Positions 7,849 to 17,365 of a DNA stretch of 59,279 nucleotides are shown one piece after another. The translations under genes were made by a program, and so were the position numbers. Origin of the DNA: a virus (taxonomy: Duplodnaviria; Caudoviricetes); the IMG/VR virus record IMGVR_UViG_3300040816_001340, positions 1 to 59,279 of that record; one strand, 5' to 3'. The notes below the pieces were generated by a model. It was not told the origin of the DNA. It did not search any database and was given only the letters and a program-made list of their open reading frames with translations. How positions within the stretch are numbered: position 1 is the first letter of the stretch; each line of letters begins with the position of its first letter.

Positions 7849-8621
7849 AGTCCGTAATATAACTTTTCTGCCCAAGGGATAACATCCCATTTTTTAGCTG
7901 AAATGTTATGGTGTCCTACAATACTAAAATTTGCTGCTTCTTTGACAGAATAAACTTCATTATCTTCACAAACAGGTTTGTCATCTAGTTCTACAGCATA
8001 TCGAAGATCAGCAAGAAACTCTCTGCAAAACTTAGCAAACTTATCACTAATCATCATATATTCTTTGACAGGAACTCTATCGTGATCATTGTCTATCATA
8101 TATGAATCTGGATAAAACTTCTGTGTTTTATCTTGATATCTAGGATGAGGATGCATACAAATGTCAATACCAATCGAGTATTGATTAAACTTTCCTGCAT
8201 GATATGCCGATACGCCTGTATCTAAACATTGTAGAATTTCAAACTCCTCTGTCTTTGGATTTGTTCCTACTAAGAAATGAGAAGAAACATGGCGACCGCT
8301 AGCAGCATTAAATACACGGTAACAATGTCTTGAATTAAGACCGCCCCAGTGAACACAAATAGTTTTAGGCGTCATACGCCTTGAAGACCAATTTTGTGTG
8401 CCATCAGCTAATTCATATAGCGAAAGATCATGATTAACTTTATACGTTGCACCTGTTAGAGGAACAACCCTTCCCATATGAAAAATAACTGGACTCTCGT
8501 AAAAGTCTAATACTTTCTGATGTGTTGCAGGACCATAAACGCCATCAGGAATAGCACCAACTTCTTCCTGTAGCGTTCTAACATAGTCTCTATTTTTATT
8601 TAAGTGTTCAAATTGCTCCAT
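7845..8621 (-). CDS. Endolysin: N-acetylmuramoyl-L-alanine amidase (Amidase_2) with short N-terminal PG-binding-like motif
   Basis: LQ...GAIPDGVYGPAT; ICVHW, SSHFLV, AYHAG, SIGIDI, VGHH...KWD Zn-amidase motifs. Confidence 0.85.
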   Translation of the reverse strand: MEQFEHLNKNRDYVRTLQEEVGAIPDGVYGPATHQKVLDFYESPVIFHMGRVVPLTGATYKVNHDLSLYELADGTQNWSSRRMTPKTICVHWGGLNSRHCYRVFNAASGRHVSSHFLVGTNPKTEEFEILQCLDTGVSAYHAGKFNQYSIGIDICMHPHPRYQDKTQKFYPDSYMIDNDHDRVPVKEYMMISDKFAKFCREFLADLRYAVELDDKPVCEDNEVYSVKEAANFSIVGHHNISAKKWDVIPWAEKLYYGL

Positions 8622-8633
8622 ATTACTTCCCCT

Positions 8634-9239
8634 TTATGCTACGTCAATATCGACTGTTACTTTGATTGTCATTTCAGGAACTCGTTTAAAGTTAACAAGA
8701 CCTACTTCAATTGACTCGTCAGCGCCTAAGAACCAATCAGCATGTCCTTTATCATGAATCTTCTTGAGGAAGAAATCATCAGGTTTGCCGCAATTCCTTG
8801 CCATCATTGTAAAAACCTTCTTGTTTAAACGATCAGCTTCGGATGCATCTGCCTTTAGCTCTTCAACCTTACCAAATGCTCGTGATGAAACATCATGAAT
8901 CATAACAGTTGCGTCTGGATCCATAAACCTAAGACCTTCTGCTCCAAACGAAGCAAGAATAGCACCACAAGACATAGCTTTACCTGTTACAATTGTTGCA
9001 ACAGGAACCTTGGAAGACTTAATCGATGAAATCATTGACATTAGTGAATAAACCTCACCACCATATGAGTCAATAATAACAGGAATAACTTTTTGTCCAG
9101 TATTATGTGCAATAGAAACTAGGCTTCTAAATTTAGCTGCTTCTTCTTGATTAAAATCATTTACCTGGATAATAACTGGATCTTTTCTTAACTCAATCTC
9201 TTTAATAGTTTTATCAATATCATGAATACACTGCATCAT
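8634..9239 (-). CDS. clpP: ClpP-like serine protease
   Basis: IDSYGGEV, AMSCGA (Ser), VMIHD (His), DWFLGADESIEVGLV. Confidence 0.88.
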   Translation of the reverse strand: MMQCIHDIDKTIKEIELRKDPVIIQVNDFNQEEAAKFRSLVSIAHNTGQKVIPVIIDSYGGEVYSLMSMISSIKSSKVPVATIVTGKAMSCGAILASFGAEGLRFMDPDATVMIHDVSSRAFGKVEELKADASEADRLNKKVFTMMARNCGKPDDFFLKKIHDKGHADWFLGADESIEVGLVNFKRVPEMTIKVTVDIDVA

Positions 9240-9262
9240 AAACCTTCCGTTTTATTTATTAG

Positions 9263-9291
9263 AGTATATTCATTTTTTTGAATATTTATAA
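9263..9291 (-). promoter_or_regulatory. Sigma70-like promoter upstream of clpP/endolysin
   Basis: TTATAA-17 bp-TATACT. Confidence 0.5.
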
Positions 9292-9295
9292 AAAA

Positions 9296-9547
9296 TTAAA
9301 AAGTTTTTAGATCCTCTAGAGAAAGTCTTCCTACATGAGACTTTTGTGCGCTTCCACCTTCAAGTTTAACAAATGTAGGAACAGATGCAACTTGATGTTG
9401 TGCTGCCATTTCTGGATACTCGGCAATATCAACACTAATGACACCGTGTTCCTCCATAACCTCAGGTGTTAAATACTTTTTGACAGCTCGGCATGGACCA
9501 CACCAAGGTGCATTAAAAAACAAAATTCCGTCTTGAATATTTTCCAT
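9296..9547 (-). CDS. Thioredoxin
   Basis: FNAPWCGPC and VASVPTF; likely start at Met 9547; directly follows nrdB. Confidence 0.92.
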   Translation of the reverse strand: MENIQDGILFFNAPWCGPCRAVKKYLTPEVMEEHGVISVDIAEYPEMAAQHQVASVPTFVKLEGGSAQKSHVGRLSLEDLKTF

Positions 9548-9548
9548 A

Positions 9549-10526
9549 TTAAATACTATCACTTTCTAGGCCTTCCCAGCCCCAACTATCTCCACTCATA
9601 CCCATTGCTGAGTAATCTGTTACTGTTCCTTCAAAGAAGTTCTTAAAACTATCACCATTTAATACCCAATCTAACCATTTAAGAGGGTTTTCCTTAACAC
9701 CATAGTTAGGTTTAAGACCAAGTTGAATAAGACGTCTATCAGCTAAATACCGAATATATTGCTTAACTTCATCTGCTTCTAAACCTTCAATAGAACCCAT
9801 CTCATATGCTAGATCAATTACTTTATCTTCTAACTCGACAGCATCTCTATACATCTGATATACTTCAGACTTAAACTTATCATTGATTACACGAGGATGC
9901 TCTTTAAGAAACTCTCTAAATAGCTTGGTCATACCTTGAACGTGCATTGTCTCATCTCTAATAGACCACTCAACAATTTCACACATTCCTTTCATTTTAC
10001 CAAAACGCTGGTAGTTTAGAAGCATAACAAAAGCTGAAAATAGCGACATTCCTTCGTTGCATGCAGATTGTGCTAATGACTTTGCTAATCCTTTAAGTGT
10101 AGATACATCATTGTCCTGCATAAACTCAATCTTATTCTTAAGTTGCTCGTACTCAAGAAATGCGCTGTATTCTTCTTCAGGTAGTCCTAATGTATCATTA
10201 AGCAGAGCATAACTACGTTGATGCGTACCTTCACGGTTTGCAAAACTTAATAGCATACTCCTTATTTCATTATTCTTAAATTTAGGAATAAATAGATCAC
10301 AATAATTGCCACCTACCTGAACATCACTTTGCGTAAAAAGTCGTAGAATCTGTGTAATATGACTTTTCTCTGTTTCAGAGATTTTACCGCCTTTCCACTG
10401 ATTTACATCTTCCTGCAGTTTAGCTTCCCATGAGCCCCAATGAATCTTTTCATGAGACTCTGCAATCTCCATAGCCCACTGATATTTGAAAGGTTTGTAG
10501 GTTTCATTGTATTTGAGTAATGACAT
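9549..10526 (-). CDS. nrdB: Ribonucleotide reductase class Ia beta subunit
   Basis: FTQSD, NREGTHQRSY (radical Tyr), NEGMSLFSAF, RDETMH, NFFE..VTDY; likely start MSLLKY at 10526. Confidence 0.96.
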   Translation of the reverse strand: MSLLKYNETYKPFKYQWAMEIAESHEKIHWGSWEAKLQEDVNQWKGGKISETEKSHITQILRLFTQSDVQVGGNYCDLFIPKFKNNEIRSMLLSFANREGTHQRSYALLNDTLGLPEEEYSAFLEYEQLKNKIEFMQDNDVSTLKGLAKSLAQSACNEGMSLFSAFVMLLNYQRFGKMKGMCEIVEWSIRDETMHVQGMTKLFREFLKEHPRVINDKFKSEVYQMYRDAVELEDKVIDLAYEMGSIEGLEADEVKQYIRYLADRRLIQLGLKPNYGVKENPLKWLDWVLNGDSFKNFFEGTVTDYSAMGMSGDSWGWEGLESDSI

Positions 10527-10537
10527 TTTTCTTTCCT

Positions 10538-12319
10538 TTATCCTTGGCAGCTTAAGCACTCGTCATCTTGGAAGTCTTTAAGCTTGTCTTGTTCAATCTT
10601 CTCACTTACTTTTTCTGCGCTAGCGCCCGTATTTGTACGTAGGTAATACAAACCTTTTAATTTCTTTTTCCAAGCTCTTAAATGAACATTATTTACAATA
10701 CTTTTGTCTGTCCCAGCCGGGAAGAATAAATTGACACTTTGACCTTGACAAATAAACTCCTGTCTATCAGCTGCATGATCAACAACACGTCTTTGATCTA
10801 ATTCGAAAGCTGTCTTAAATACTAGCTTTTGCCAGTCATTAAAAATATCTAAGTGTTGAATGCTACCTTCATGCAGAATAATACTCTGCCAAGTATCATC
10901 ATATGTTTTTTGATCAATATCGTTTGAATCAAGCATATTAAGTAGTATTCTATCAATATGTGGATTTTTTACAAGATAACTTCCAACTCTTGTTCTATGA
11001 GTAAACGCATTACTCTTCCAAGGTTCAATAGAAGGTGATGTTACAGCAATAATAGAAGAGTTAGCGTTAGGAGCAATAGCCAATAGATGACTATTACGAA
11101 CCCCATGTCCTCCAGCATCTGGGCACTCACCTCTTTCTTGTGCTAGCAGTTGTGTTTGTGCATATGCTCTTTCTTTAATTTGAGAAAAAATCTTCATATT
11201 TAATGACTTAGCAATAGCAGATTCCCACGGAATATTCTTGCTTTGTAACAAAGAGTGAAAACCCATTGCACCTAATCCAAGACTTCTTTCTCTAAGTGCT
11301 GAATTTCCTGCTTTAAGAAGACCGCTCATATTCTCTGTTTTATCAATAAAATATTGAAGAACATTATCTAAATACGTAATAAGATCTTGTACAATTGTTG
11401 TATCTTTCCACTCGTCATATTTTTCTAAGTTAAGGGAAGAAAGACAACAAACAGCACTTCTATCTTTGTCTGTAGGAAGATGGATTTCATTACATAGGTT
11501 ACTACCATGAATTTTTAATCCAAGATCTTTCTGGAACTCTGGCAGCTGTCTATTTGCTTCGTCAATAAAGTTTAGATAAGGTTCACCTGTTCTAAATCTT
11601 GTAACAAGAATTCTTTGCCATAAATCTCTAGCTTTAACTGTATCTCTAACAGAGCCATCATTAGGGTCAAGAAGATTCCAGTCATCACCTTTGACAACAG
11701 CTTCCATAAAGTCATCTGAAATGTTTACTGCGTTATGAAGATTAAAACATTTTCTGTTTACATCTCCACCTGTTGGTAGCCTAATGTTTAAGAACTCAAT
11801 AATGTCAGGATGAGAAACATCCATATATGCTGCATAACTACCTTTTCTTGTCTTGCCTTGACGATACGCAGTCATATCAGCATCAACTGTCTTAAGAAAA
11901 GGAATAGGGCCAGGTGAAATTTCGCTATTACTTCTAATACTCGACCAGTGTCCGCCTACACCGCCGCCTTTAACGCTCATCCAACGTAGTTCTTCACTAT
12001 GATCCATTAGCCCTTCAAGACTATCATCTACAAATGTAAGAAAACAAGAGATAGGTAAACCTCTTGAAGTGCTACCTGGTTGAGGTGCATTTGAAAGAAT
12101 TGGTGAAGAAAACATAAACCACTGTTGTGAAGCGTAGTCGTAGATTCTTTGTGCTAGTTCATTATCTCCTGCACAGAAAGCCAACGCAGCCCTTGCAAAA
12201 GCTTCTTGCGGAGAGTCCTCCTCCGGTAACATATAGTAATTTTTTAATAAGTCAATTGAAAACTTGTTTAGTCTTTTATCTCTATTTTTATCGACTACAA
12301 TACTATGATAACTTTCCAC
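10538..12319 (-). CDS. nrdA: Ribonucleotide reductase class Ia alpha subunit (no ATP cone)
   Basis: PISCF, SNLCNEI, VCCLSS, APNANSS, LYYLR and C-terminal CLSCQG. Confidence 0.97.
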   Translation of the reverse strand: MESYHSIVVDKNRDKRLNKFSIDLLKNYYMLPEEDSPQEAFARAALAFCAGDNELAQRIYDYASQQWFMFSSPILSNAPQPGSTSRGLPISCFLTFVDDSLEGLMDHSEELRWMSVKGGGVGGHWSSIRSNSEISPGPIPFLKTVDADMTAYRQGKTRKGSYAAYMDVSHPDIIEFLNIRLPTGGDVNRKCFNLHNAVNISDDFMEAVVKGDDWNLLDPNDGSVRDTVKARDLWQRILVTRFRTGEPYLNFIDEANRQLPEFQKDLGLKIHGSNLCNEIHLPTDKDRSAVCCLSSLNLEKYDEWKDTTIVQDLITYLDNVLQYFIDKTENMSGLLKAGNSALRERSLGLGAMGFHSLLQSKNIPWESAIAKSLNMKIFSQIKERAYAQTQLLAQERGECPDAGGHGVRNSHLLAIAPNANSSIIAVTSPSIEPWKSNAFTHRTRVGSYLVKNPHIDRILLNMLDSNDIDQKTYDDTWQSIILHEGSIQHLDIFNDWQKLVFKTAFELDQRRVVDHAADRQEFICQGQSVNLFFPAGTDKSIVNNVHLRAWKKKLKGLYYLRTNTGASAEKVSEKIEQDKLKDFQDDECLSCQG

Positions 12320-12328
12320 TTTATCCCC

Positions 12329-12829
12329 TTAGTCTGAACTTCCTACTTGCCCGTCCTGTCTTTGAGCAGTAGAGGTTAGATTTAAGTATTCCTCTTCAGT
12401 TACGACCTGAAAATCATTGTCGCACTTCACTACTACAATTTGAAATGGCAGTTTTCTTTTAGCATAAATAGTATAGACATCAGAACCAGTATTTATACAA
12501 TTTACAAAAACTTCTCCTGTATAACCGCTGTCAATTACTCCAGCACGAACCTTTAGGGGTGTTTTAGTTACAGAACCTCTCTCTTGAACTAGTGCAACAT
12601 AACCTCGTGGAACATCAATTCTGATACCTGTTGGAATTAAGACTTTTTGTGGAGCTAATGAGCCTGATGGAATATTGCTAGAAGGTTTAATATCGATTGT
12701 TGGGCCACAGTTATAAAGATCTAAACCAGCACTTTCTCCTCCATAAGCTGGCAAATATTCACTTTCAGGATTGATTTTATTAACTTCTAAAGCACTTCGT
12801 AGATCATCACTTAAACAAATCTTAACCAT
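12329..12829 (-). CDS. dut: Trimeric (beta-fold) dUTPase with divergent motifs II, IV and V
   Basis: SAGLDL, ERGS, GVIDSGYTGE, RQDGQVGSSD. Confidence 0.88.
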   Translation of the reverse strand: MVKICLSDDLRSALEVNKINPESEYLPAYGGESAGLDLYNCGPTIDIKPSSNIPSGSLAPQKVLIPTGIRIDVPRGYVALVQERGSVTKTPLKVRAGVIDSGYTGEVFVNCINTGSDVYTIYAKRKLPFQIVVVKCDNDFQVVTEEEYLNLTSTAQRQDGQVGSSD

Positions 12830-14192
12830 TACTATTTACCTCTTTCCACTTCTCTTTAAGGATATTTTTCATAGCATTGTTATCTTGAGCAACTGCTTCA
12901 TTTAGTGTTAGTTCTGTATCATCTAGAATCTTAAACTTAGATCTTGCTGTATCAATACTTAATGGGAATAAAAGACCGTCACGACCTGCTCGGTTTTTAG
13001 CAACAAAGATTCGACCACTACCATCTGCTTTTTCTGTTGGCTTACGACTAATAGAAAGAACAATGTCGGCAACCTGTGCTTTACCATATGCTTCAGACAT
13101 GTTTTCTAGACCAACAATATCAGACTTAGCAGAGTCTTTGTTTGCCTGAGATGCTGTCCAAATAGGAACATTAAGATCAGATGCAAGGTTACGAAGTTCT
13201 GTATAGATAAGCTTTAGCTCGTGACGAAGAGAGTCATAAGCTCTTGTTGACTTCATAACATCAGCGTAATCTACAACGATAATAGAAGGCACGAAACCTT
13301 TAAGCATAAGCTTTTCAATATGATTCCTAATTGTTACTACAGAAGCACCTCCAGTAGGATATTCTTTAATAACAAGCCTGCCTAGATCCATTTCTTTATA
13401 CTTTGCAATAACTTCGTCTTTTCTTTCAATGACTTCATTGCTAGGAATGTTACAAAGATTTGAGTCATATCGCTTGCCTGTTTCATGCTCAGAAAGCTCA
13501 AAGGTATAGTGAACAACGTTTTTACCAACACGCATTGCAGCACAACCCATTTCTACCAAGAAGTGAGATTTACCAACACCTGTATTCGCTGCAACTACAC
13601 CAAGCTCACCTCTTCCTAAACCGCCTCGAAGAATATCTTGAGAGTCAAGTCGACCTAAACCTGTCGGGCATACCTGACGATTGATAGCTACAAAACGTGA
13701 TTCTAGATCTTCGAAGAAGTCATGTCCATTACTATTAGGAAGACCGACAGAGACAGCATTTTTCATAATATCAACAACATGTTCATATTTGTCTGTTTGA
13801 ATTAGCTCAACAGACTTTTCCAATGCCTCTTTGAATGCCTGTCTTTTACAAAACTCAAGGGACTTTTCTTTGACATATGCAATATCACACATATCAGGAC
13901 TTGTCTTCATTCGATGAAGATATTCAATGATTTGATCCCGGAGAGCAACATCTTTGCTACTAATAAGTTCATCTTTGATAATTGTTACTAGTAGTGAAAG
14001 TGTTGGAAAAGACTTATATTTTGAAAAGTAAGTAAAGTATTTTTCGCAAAGGTATTGTAAGTATTTAATATCAAAATACTCAGGTGTCATTACCTCGACC
14101 ATTTGTGCTGACCAATCTTTATCGGTGAGCATACTTTGAAATACTTTTTCTTGAAAAGTCTTTCCGTATTTGGAAAAGTTTTTCTCAGACAT
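12822..14192 (-). CDS. DnaB-like / T4 gp41-like replicative helicase
   Basis: Walker A ANTGVGKS, FELSE, VVDYAD, WTASQANK, KNRAG. Confidence 0.93.
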   Translation of the reverse strand: MSEKNFSKYGKTFQEKVFQSMLTDKDWSAQMVEVMTPEYFDIKYLQYLCEKYFTYFSKYKSFPTLSLLVTIIKDELISSKDVALRDQIIEYLHRMKTSPDMCDIAYVKEKSLEFCKRQAFKEALEKSVELIQTDKYEHVVDIMKNAVSVGLPNSNGHDFFEDLESRFVAINRQVCPTGLGRLDSQDILRGGLGRGELGVVAANTGVGKSHFLVEMGCAAMRVGKNVVHYTFELSEHETGKRYDSNLCNIPSNEVIERKDEVIAKYKEMDLGRLVIKEYPTGGASVVTIRNHIEKLMLKGFVPSIIVVDYADVMKSTRAYDSLRHELKLIYTELRNLASDLNVPIWTASQANKDSAKSDIVGLENMSEAYGKAQVADIVLSISRKPTEKADGSGRIFVAKNRAGRDGLLFPLSIDTARSKFKILDDTELTLNEAVAQDNNAMKNILKEKWKEVNSNG

Positions 14193-14200
14193 TTAATCTC

Positions 14201-15148
14201 CTAAATAATAATGGATGCTTTAACTGAAATGAGTAGATTATTGACGTCGTAATTATTAAGACCTTCACGCATCATAACGCGCATCAAATCCATTTTATTT
14301 TCCTTTTTGACCTTATTGTCATATTGATAATTGATAGATTTTATCTGCTGCCATGATAGACATGTGCTATCCAAATACATTAATTGCCAATTTTTTTTAA
14401 GTCTATTTTCCTTCAAAATTATCTCTTTTACAACTTTAGAGCTACTTTGAAGATTTTTTGTCTCTTCGATAATATCTTCAACAGAAATAAAGTCTTCTTC
14501 TTTAAGCTGCGGAAAATGTTTTAACATTGTCTTAAATCCCGCACCTTTTACGCCTTTAATTCCGTCACTCTGATCACCTACAAAACATCTAGCTGTGCAA
14601 AAGTTTGTTGATGAAACACCCCATTTAGCTAAAACTTCTTCTTTATCTATTATCTTCTTTTGATTTGGTGACCAAATAACATTATCATCGTCTATAAGCT
14701 GGTAATAATCCTTATCAGAAGTAACCAAAATTTTACGATGGCCAGCTTTTTTATTCTTGCTTATGTAACCAATCACGTCGTCAGCTTCACAATCATTTAC
14801 ATATATCTGTGTAACTGGAATGAACTTAAGTATTTCTATTAATGTTTTAAGCTGATCGTCTCTATTATCTTTGGTATCGTATCTATCTGAATAATAACCG
14901 CTTCTATTTAATTTGACAGGACGTTTGCCCTGTTTATAGTTAGGTTCTATTGCTCTTCTTCTACTTGAACCGCCTCCTTCCCAAACAATTGTCATTTTAT
15001 GGGGTCTAAACCTATCACATAAGTGTTGTATATTGCGCAAAAACCCTAAGATTCCTCCACACTGTGTGTTATGAAGAGAAACCGTAGGGTTTGCGCAATA
15101 GTGTCTCATAAAAACATTGAGACCATCTATTAAGATTTCAGGCTGCAT
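14201..15148 (-). CDS. 5'-3' exonuclease / flap endonuclease (T4 RNase H / PolI 5'-exo family)
   Basis: LIDGLN, YKQGKR, EADDVIG, TSDKDYYQL, GDQSDGIKGVKGAG; likely start MQPEIL at 15148. Confidence 0.93.
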   Translation of the reverse strand: MQPEILIDGLNVFMRHYCANPTVSLHNTQCGGILGFLRNIQHLCDRFRPHKMTIVWEGGGSSRRRAIEPNYKQGKRPVKLNRSGYYSDRYDTKDNRDDQLKTLIEILKFIPVTQIYVNDCEADDVIGYISKNKKAGHRKILVTSDKDYYQLIDDDNVIWSPNQKKIIDKEEVLAKWGVSSTNFCTARCFVGDQSDGIKGVKGAGFKTMLKHFPQLKEEDFISVEDIIEETKNLQSSSKVVKEIILKENRLKKNWQLMYLDSTCLSWQQIKSINYQYDNKVKKENKMDLMRVMMREGLNNYDVNNLLISVKASIII

Positions 15149-15149
15149 T

Positions 15150-16352
15150 TTACTCCAAGCCACTTACATCAATGTGTTCTGCGATTGCTGACATTTCTTC
15201 ATATGATTCTGCATCAATGTGAATGTCTTCATCTGTTACTCTTGCCTTAACCATTGCTTTCTCTAGGAGTCCGTCAACATAAGGCTTTGTCTCTGGGTTT
15301 CTCATAATCTTATAGAAGTCTGCTTTGTAGAATTTCTTCTCAAATACAATCTCTCCATCAAGTGTTGCTACATTCAAGTGTTTCCATGCACCATTTCCAC
15401 TAATTTCTACAATATGTTCATCAACCTGCTCAGCTCCATGTTTTCTTAGAATATCAAATACTTCCTCATGTTCTTTAATGCCGATACCAAAGTGGATCTG
15501 AAAGTTTGTTGTCCTAAAAGGTGCAGTTACCTTATTCTTAATTGTTTTTGCTGAAACATTGATACCAATTGGCTCTTTGTCTTTATTAAGAATAGGTGAA
15601 CCTGCACCAAGTTTAATACGAACTGAAGAGTGGAATGGGATTGCCATGCCGCCAGGTGTAGTTGTTGGATCACCATACATTACTCCTACTTTTGTTCTAA
15701 TCTGATTTAGACAAACCATAAGAACATTTTCATTAGCAATAACTCCTGTAATCTTTCTCATACCTTTTGAGATAGCGCGTGCCTGGAGCCCAATACTTTC
15801 TTTATCATAATCTCCAACAAGCTCTGCACGAGGTGAAGATGCAGCAACAGAGTCCCAAATAATAGTTACTGGAACATCTTTTTGCATTGCTTTAGCCTTA
15901 AGAATAGTGCTTTCAGCAATAGAAAGAACTTCTTCTGTGCAATGCGTATCTACATAGACAAAACGCTTGTTAATGTCTACACCAAGTGCATTAAGGTTTT
16001 CAATGCTTGTTGCATTCTCAGTATCGATATATACAACAATACCATTCATCTGCTGTGTAGAACGAGCAATCTGTGTTGCGATATGTGACTTACCAATAGA
16101 TGGAGGTCCAAAGATTTCTACAATACGTCCTTCTGGAAGTCCACCATTTCGTCTATTAGAGATAATATAATCTAATAGTTGTGAACCTGTACTAATCCAC
16201 CTATTGACATGCGTAGGAGATTCATCTGTGCTAAGATTATATGCTACACGAGTTCCTCTTTCTTTGTTTAGTGACTTAATAAGATCAGCGGTAAAGTCCT
16301 CTGCCGCTCCACTGGTTTCAACTACGGGATCTGCTTTTTTCTTTCTAGCCAT
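15150..16352 (-). CDS. recA: RecA/UvsX-like recombinase
   Basis: ISTGS..LD, GRIVEIFGPPSIGKS, IDTENA, WDSVAA, LNQIR, TPGGMAIPFHSSVRI, KNKV.APF. Confidence 0.95.
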   Translation of the reverse strand: MARKKKADPVVETSGAAEDFTADLIKSLNKERGTRVAYNLSTDESPTHVNRWISTGSQLLDYIISNRRNGGLPEGRIVEIFGPPSIGKSHIATQIARSTQQMNGIVVYIDTENATSIENLNALGVDINKRFVYVDTHCTEEVLSIAESTILKAKAMQKDVPVTIIWDSVAASSPRAELVGDYDKESIGLQARAISKGMRKITGVIANENVLMVCLNQIRTKVGVMYGDPTTTPGGMAIPFHSSVRIKLGAGSPILNKDKEPIGINVSAKTIKNKVTAPFRTTNFQIHFGIGIKEHEEVFDILRKHGAEQVDEHIVEISGNGAWKHLNVATLDGEIVFEKKFYKADFYKIMRNPETKPYVDGLLEKAMVKARVTDEDIHIDAESYEEMSAIAEHIDVSGLE

Positions 16353-16355
16353 ATG

Positions 16356-16409
16356 AAAATACCTCCTGGTTACAAGAGGTATTTTATCAACGGTCTTAAC
16401 TTTTTACAA
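16356..16409 (-). promoter_or_regulatory. recA promoter (TTGTAA-17-TAAAAT) overlapped by a 13-bp inverted repeat that covers the RBS
   Basis: Minus strand AAAATACCTCTTG-TAAC-CAGGAGGTATTTT (16356-16385); -10 at 16381-16386, -35 at 16404-16409. Confidence 0.7.
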
Positions 16410-16415
16410 AATTAT

Positions 16416-17240
16416 TTAGAAAGGAGATGCATCATCCTCAAGTTCAGCGAAAGCAGCATCAAGTGACTCAAACTTAGAAGACACAGGCTCGGAAGCTTTT
16501 GGCTCGTCACGAACAACTGCTGGTGCAGACGCTGTTTGACTTCCACCACGTGTAGTTCCAACGCTGCTAGAAGATGATTCCTCATCATCACCATTAAGCC
16601 ATGCATTTACGATTCGCTCAAGCTCTTCATAAGACTTAGCCTCATAGAGATCATCAACACGAGGAACATTGCTTGTCCACTTCTGAATTTGATCTGCTGA
16701 CTCAGAAAGTGGCGTAGACTTTGGACGAGGACGAACCTCGGTTGTTGCCCACATCTTTCCTGGAGCCTTGAAGCAATTAATACGAAGATCATTACCTTCT
16801 GCTACATCAGTAATATCACCATAGTCCTCATCAAGCATGTAGTTCAAAAGTGACTGGTAGATTTGCTTTCCAAATGCCCAGAGACGAACACCTTTATCTT
16901 CCTCACCACGAACAATAACTGGTGCAAAACAACGCATCTTAGGATAAAGCTTCTTAGCAAGCTCGTAACTCTCTTTACTTCCATCGTCACGAAGCTTATT
17001 GATAAGCTCTTGGATAGGATCTGGATTACCGAACTGGTAAGGTGCCAGAAGTCCTGGGTTATTGCCAATGTTGTAGTAGAACATTAGCTCTTTGAATGGT
17101 TGTCCGTCATTATTAGGATAAGCGATAAGTCGAACTGTTGTCTCCTCACCTTCCTCTGGTCGCCACATGATGTTTCGCTTGCTGTTTGCACCGCTGAGCT
17201 GACCAAGTTTACGACGAATTGCATCCATATCGATTGCCAT
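16416..17240 (-). CDS. Single-stranded DNA-binding protein (T4 gp32-like)
   Basis: WRPEEG..TVRL..YP, DPIQE, VRLWAFGKQIY, YGDITD...G.D, acidic tail LDAAFAELEDDASPF; lies next to recA. Confidence 0.85.
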   Translation of the reverse strand: MAIDMDAIRRKLGQLSGANSKRNIMWRPEEGEETTVRLIAYPNNDGQPFKELMFYYNIGNNPGLLAPYQFGNPDPIQELINKLRDDGSKESYELAKKLYPKMRCFAPVIVRGEEDKGVRLWAFGKQIYQSLLNYMLDEDYGDITDVAEGNDLRINCFKAPGKMWATTEVRPRPKSTPLSESADQIQKWTSNVPRVDDLYEAKSYEELERIVNAWLNGDDEESSSSSVGTTRGGSQTASAPAVVRDEPKASEPVSSKFESLDAAFAELEDDASPF

Positions 17241-17358
17241 ATTTTTCTCCTTTGTTAAATGTGTAAATGTTTTTTTGGTAACTGTTTAATTTTTTATTTT
17301 TTTTAAGCCAGCCACCTAATGGCGACTGTATAATATACTTATTTTATCTTTTTTACAA
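17241..17358 (-). promoter_or_regulatory. ssb promoter and leader: TTGTAA-17-TATTAT, 5' hairpin, then A-rich unstructured leader
   Basis: -35 at 17353-17358, -10 at 17330-17335; hairpin CAGTCGCC-ATTA-GGTGGCTG (17309-17328); A-rich tract up to the AAGGAG RBS. Confidence 0.65.
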
Positions 17359-17365
17359 ATAATGT

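Noticed and set aside
9549-16352. Introns or inteins in nrdA, nrdB, helicase or recA
   Set aside because: All are continuous, of normal or compact length, with no intein splice motifs or interruptions.
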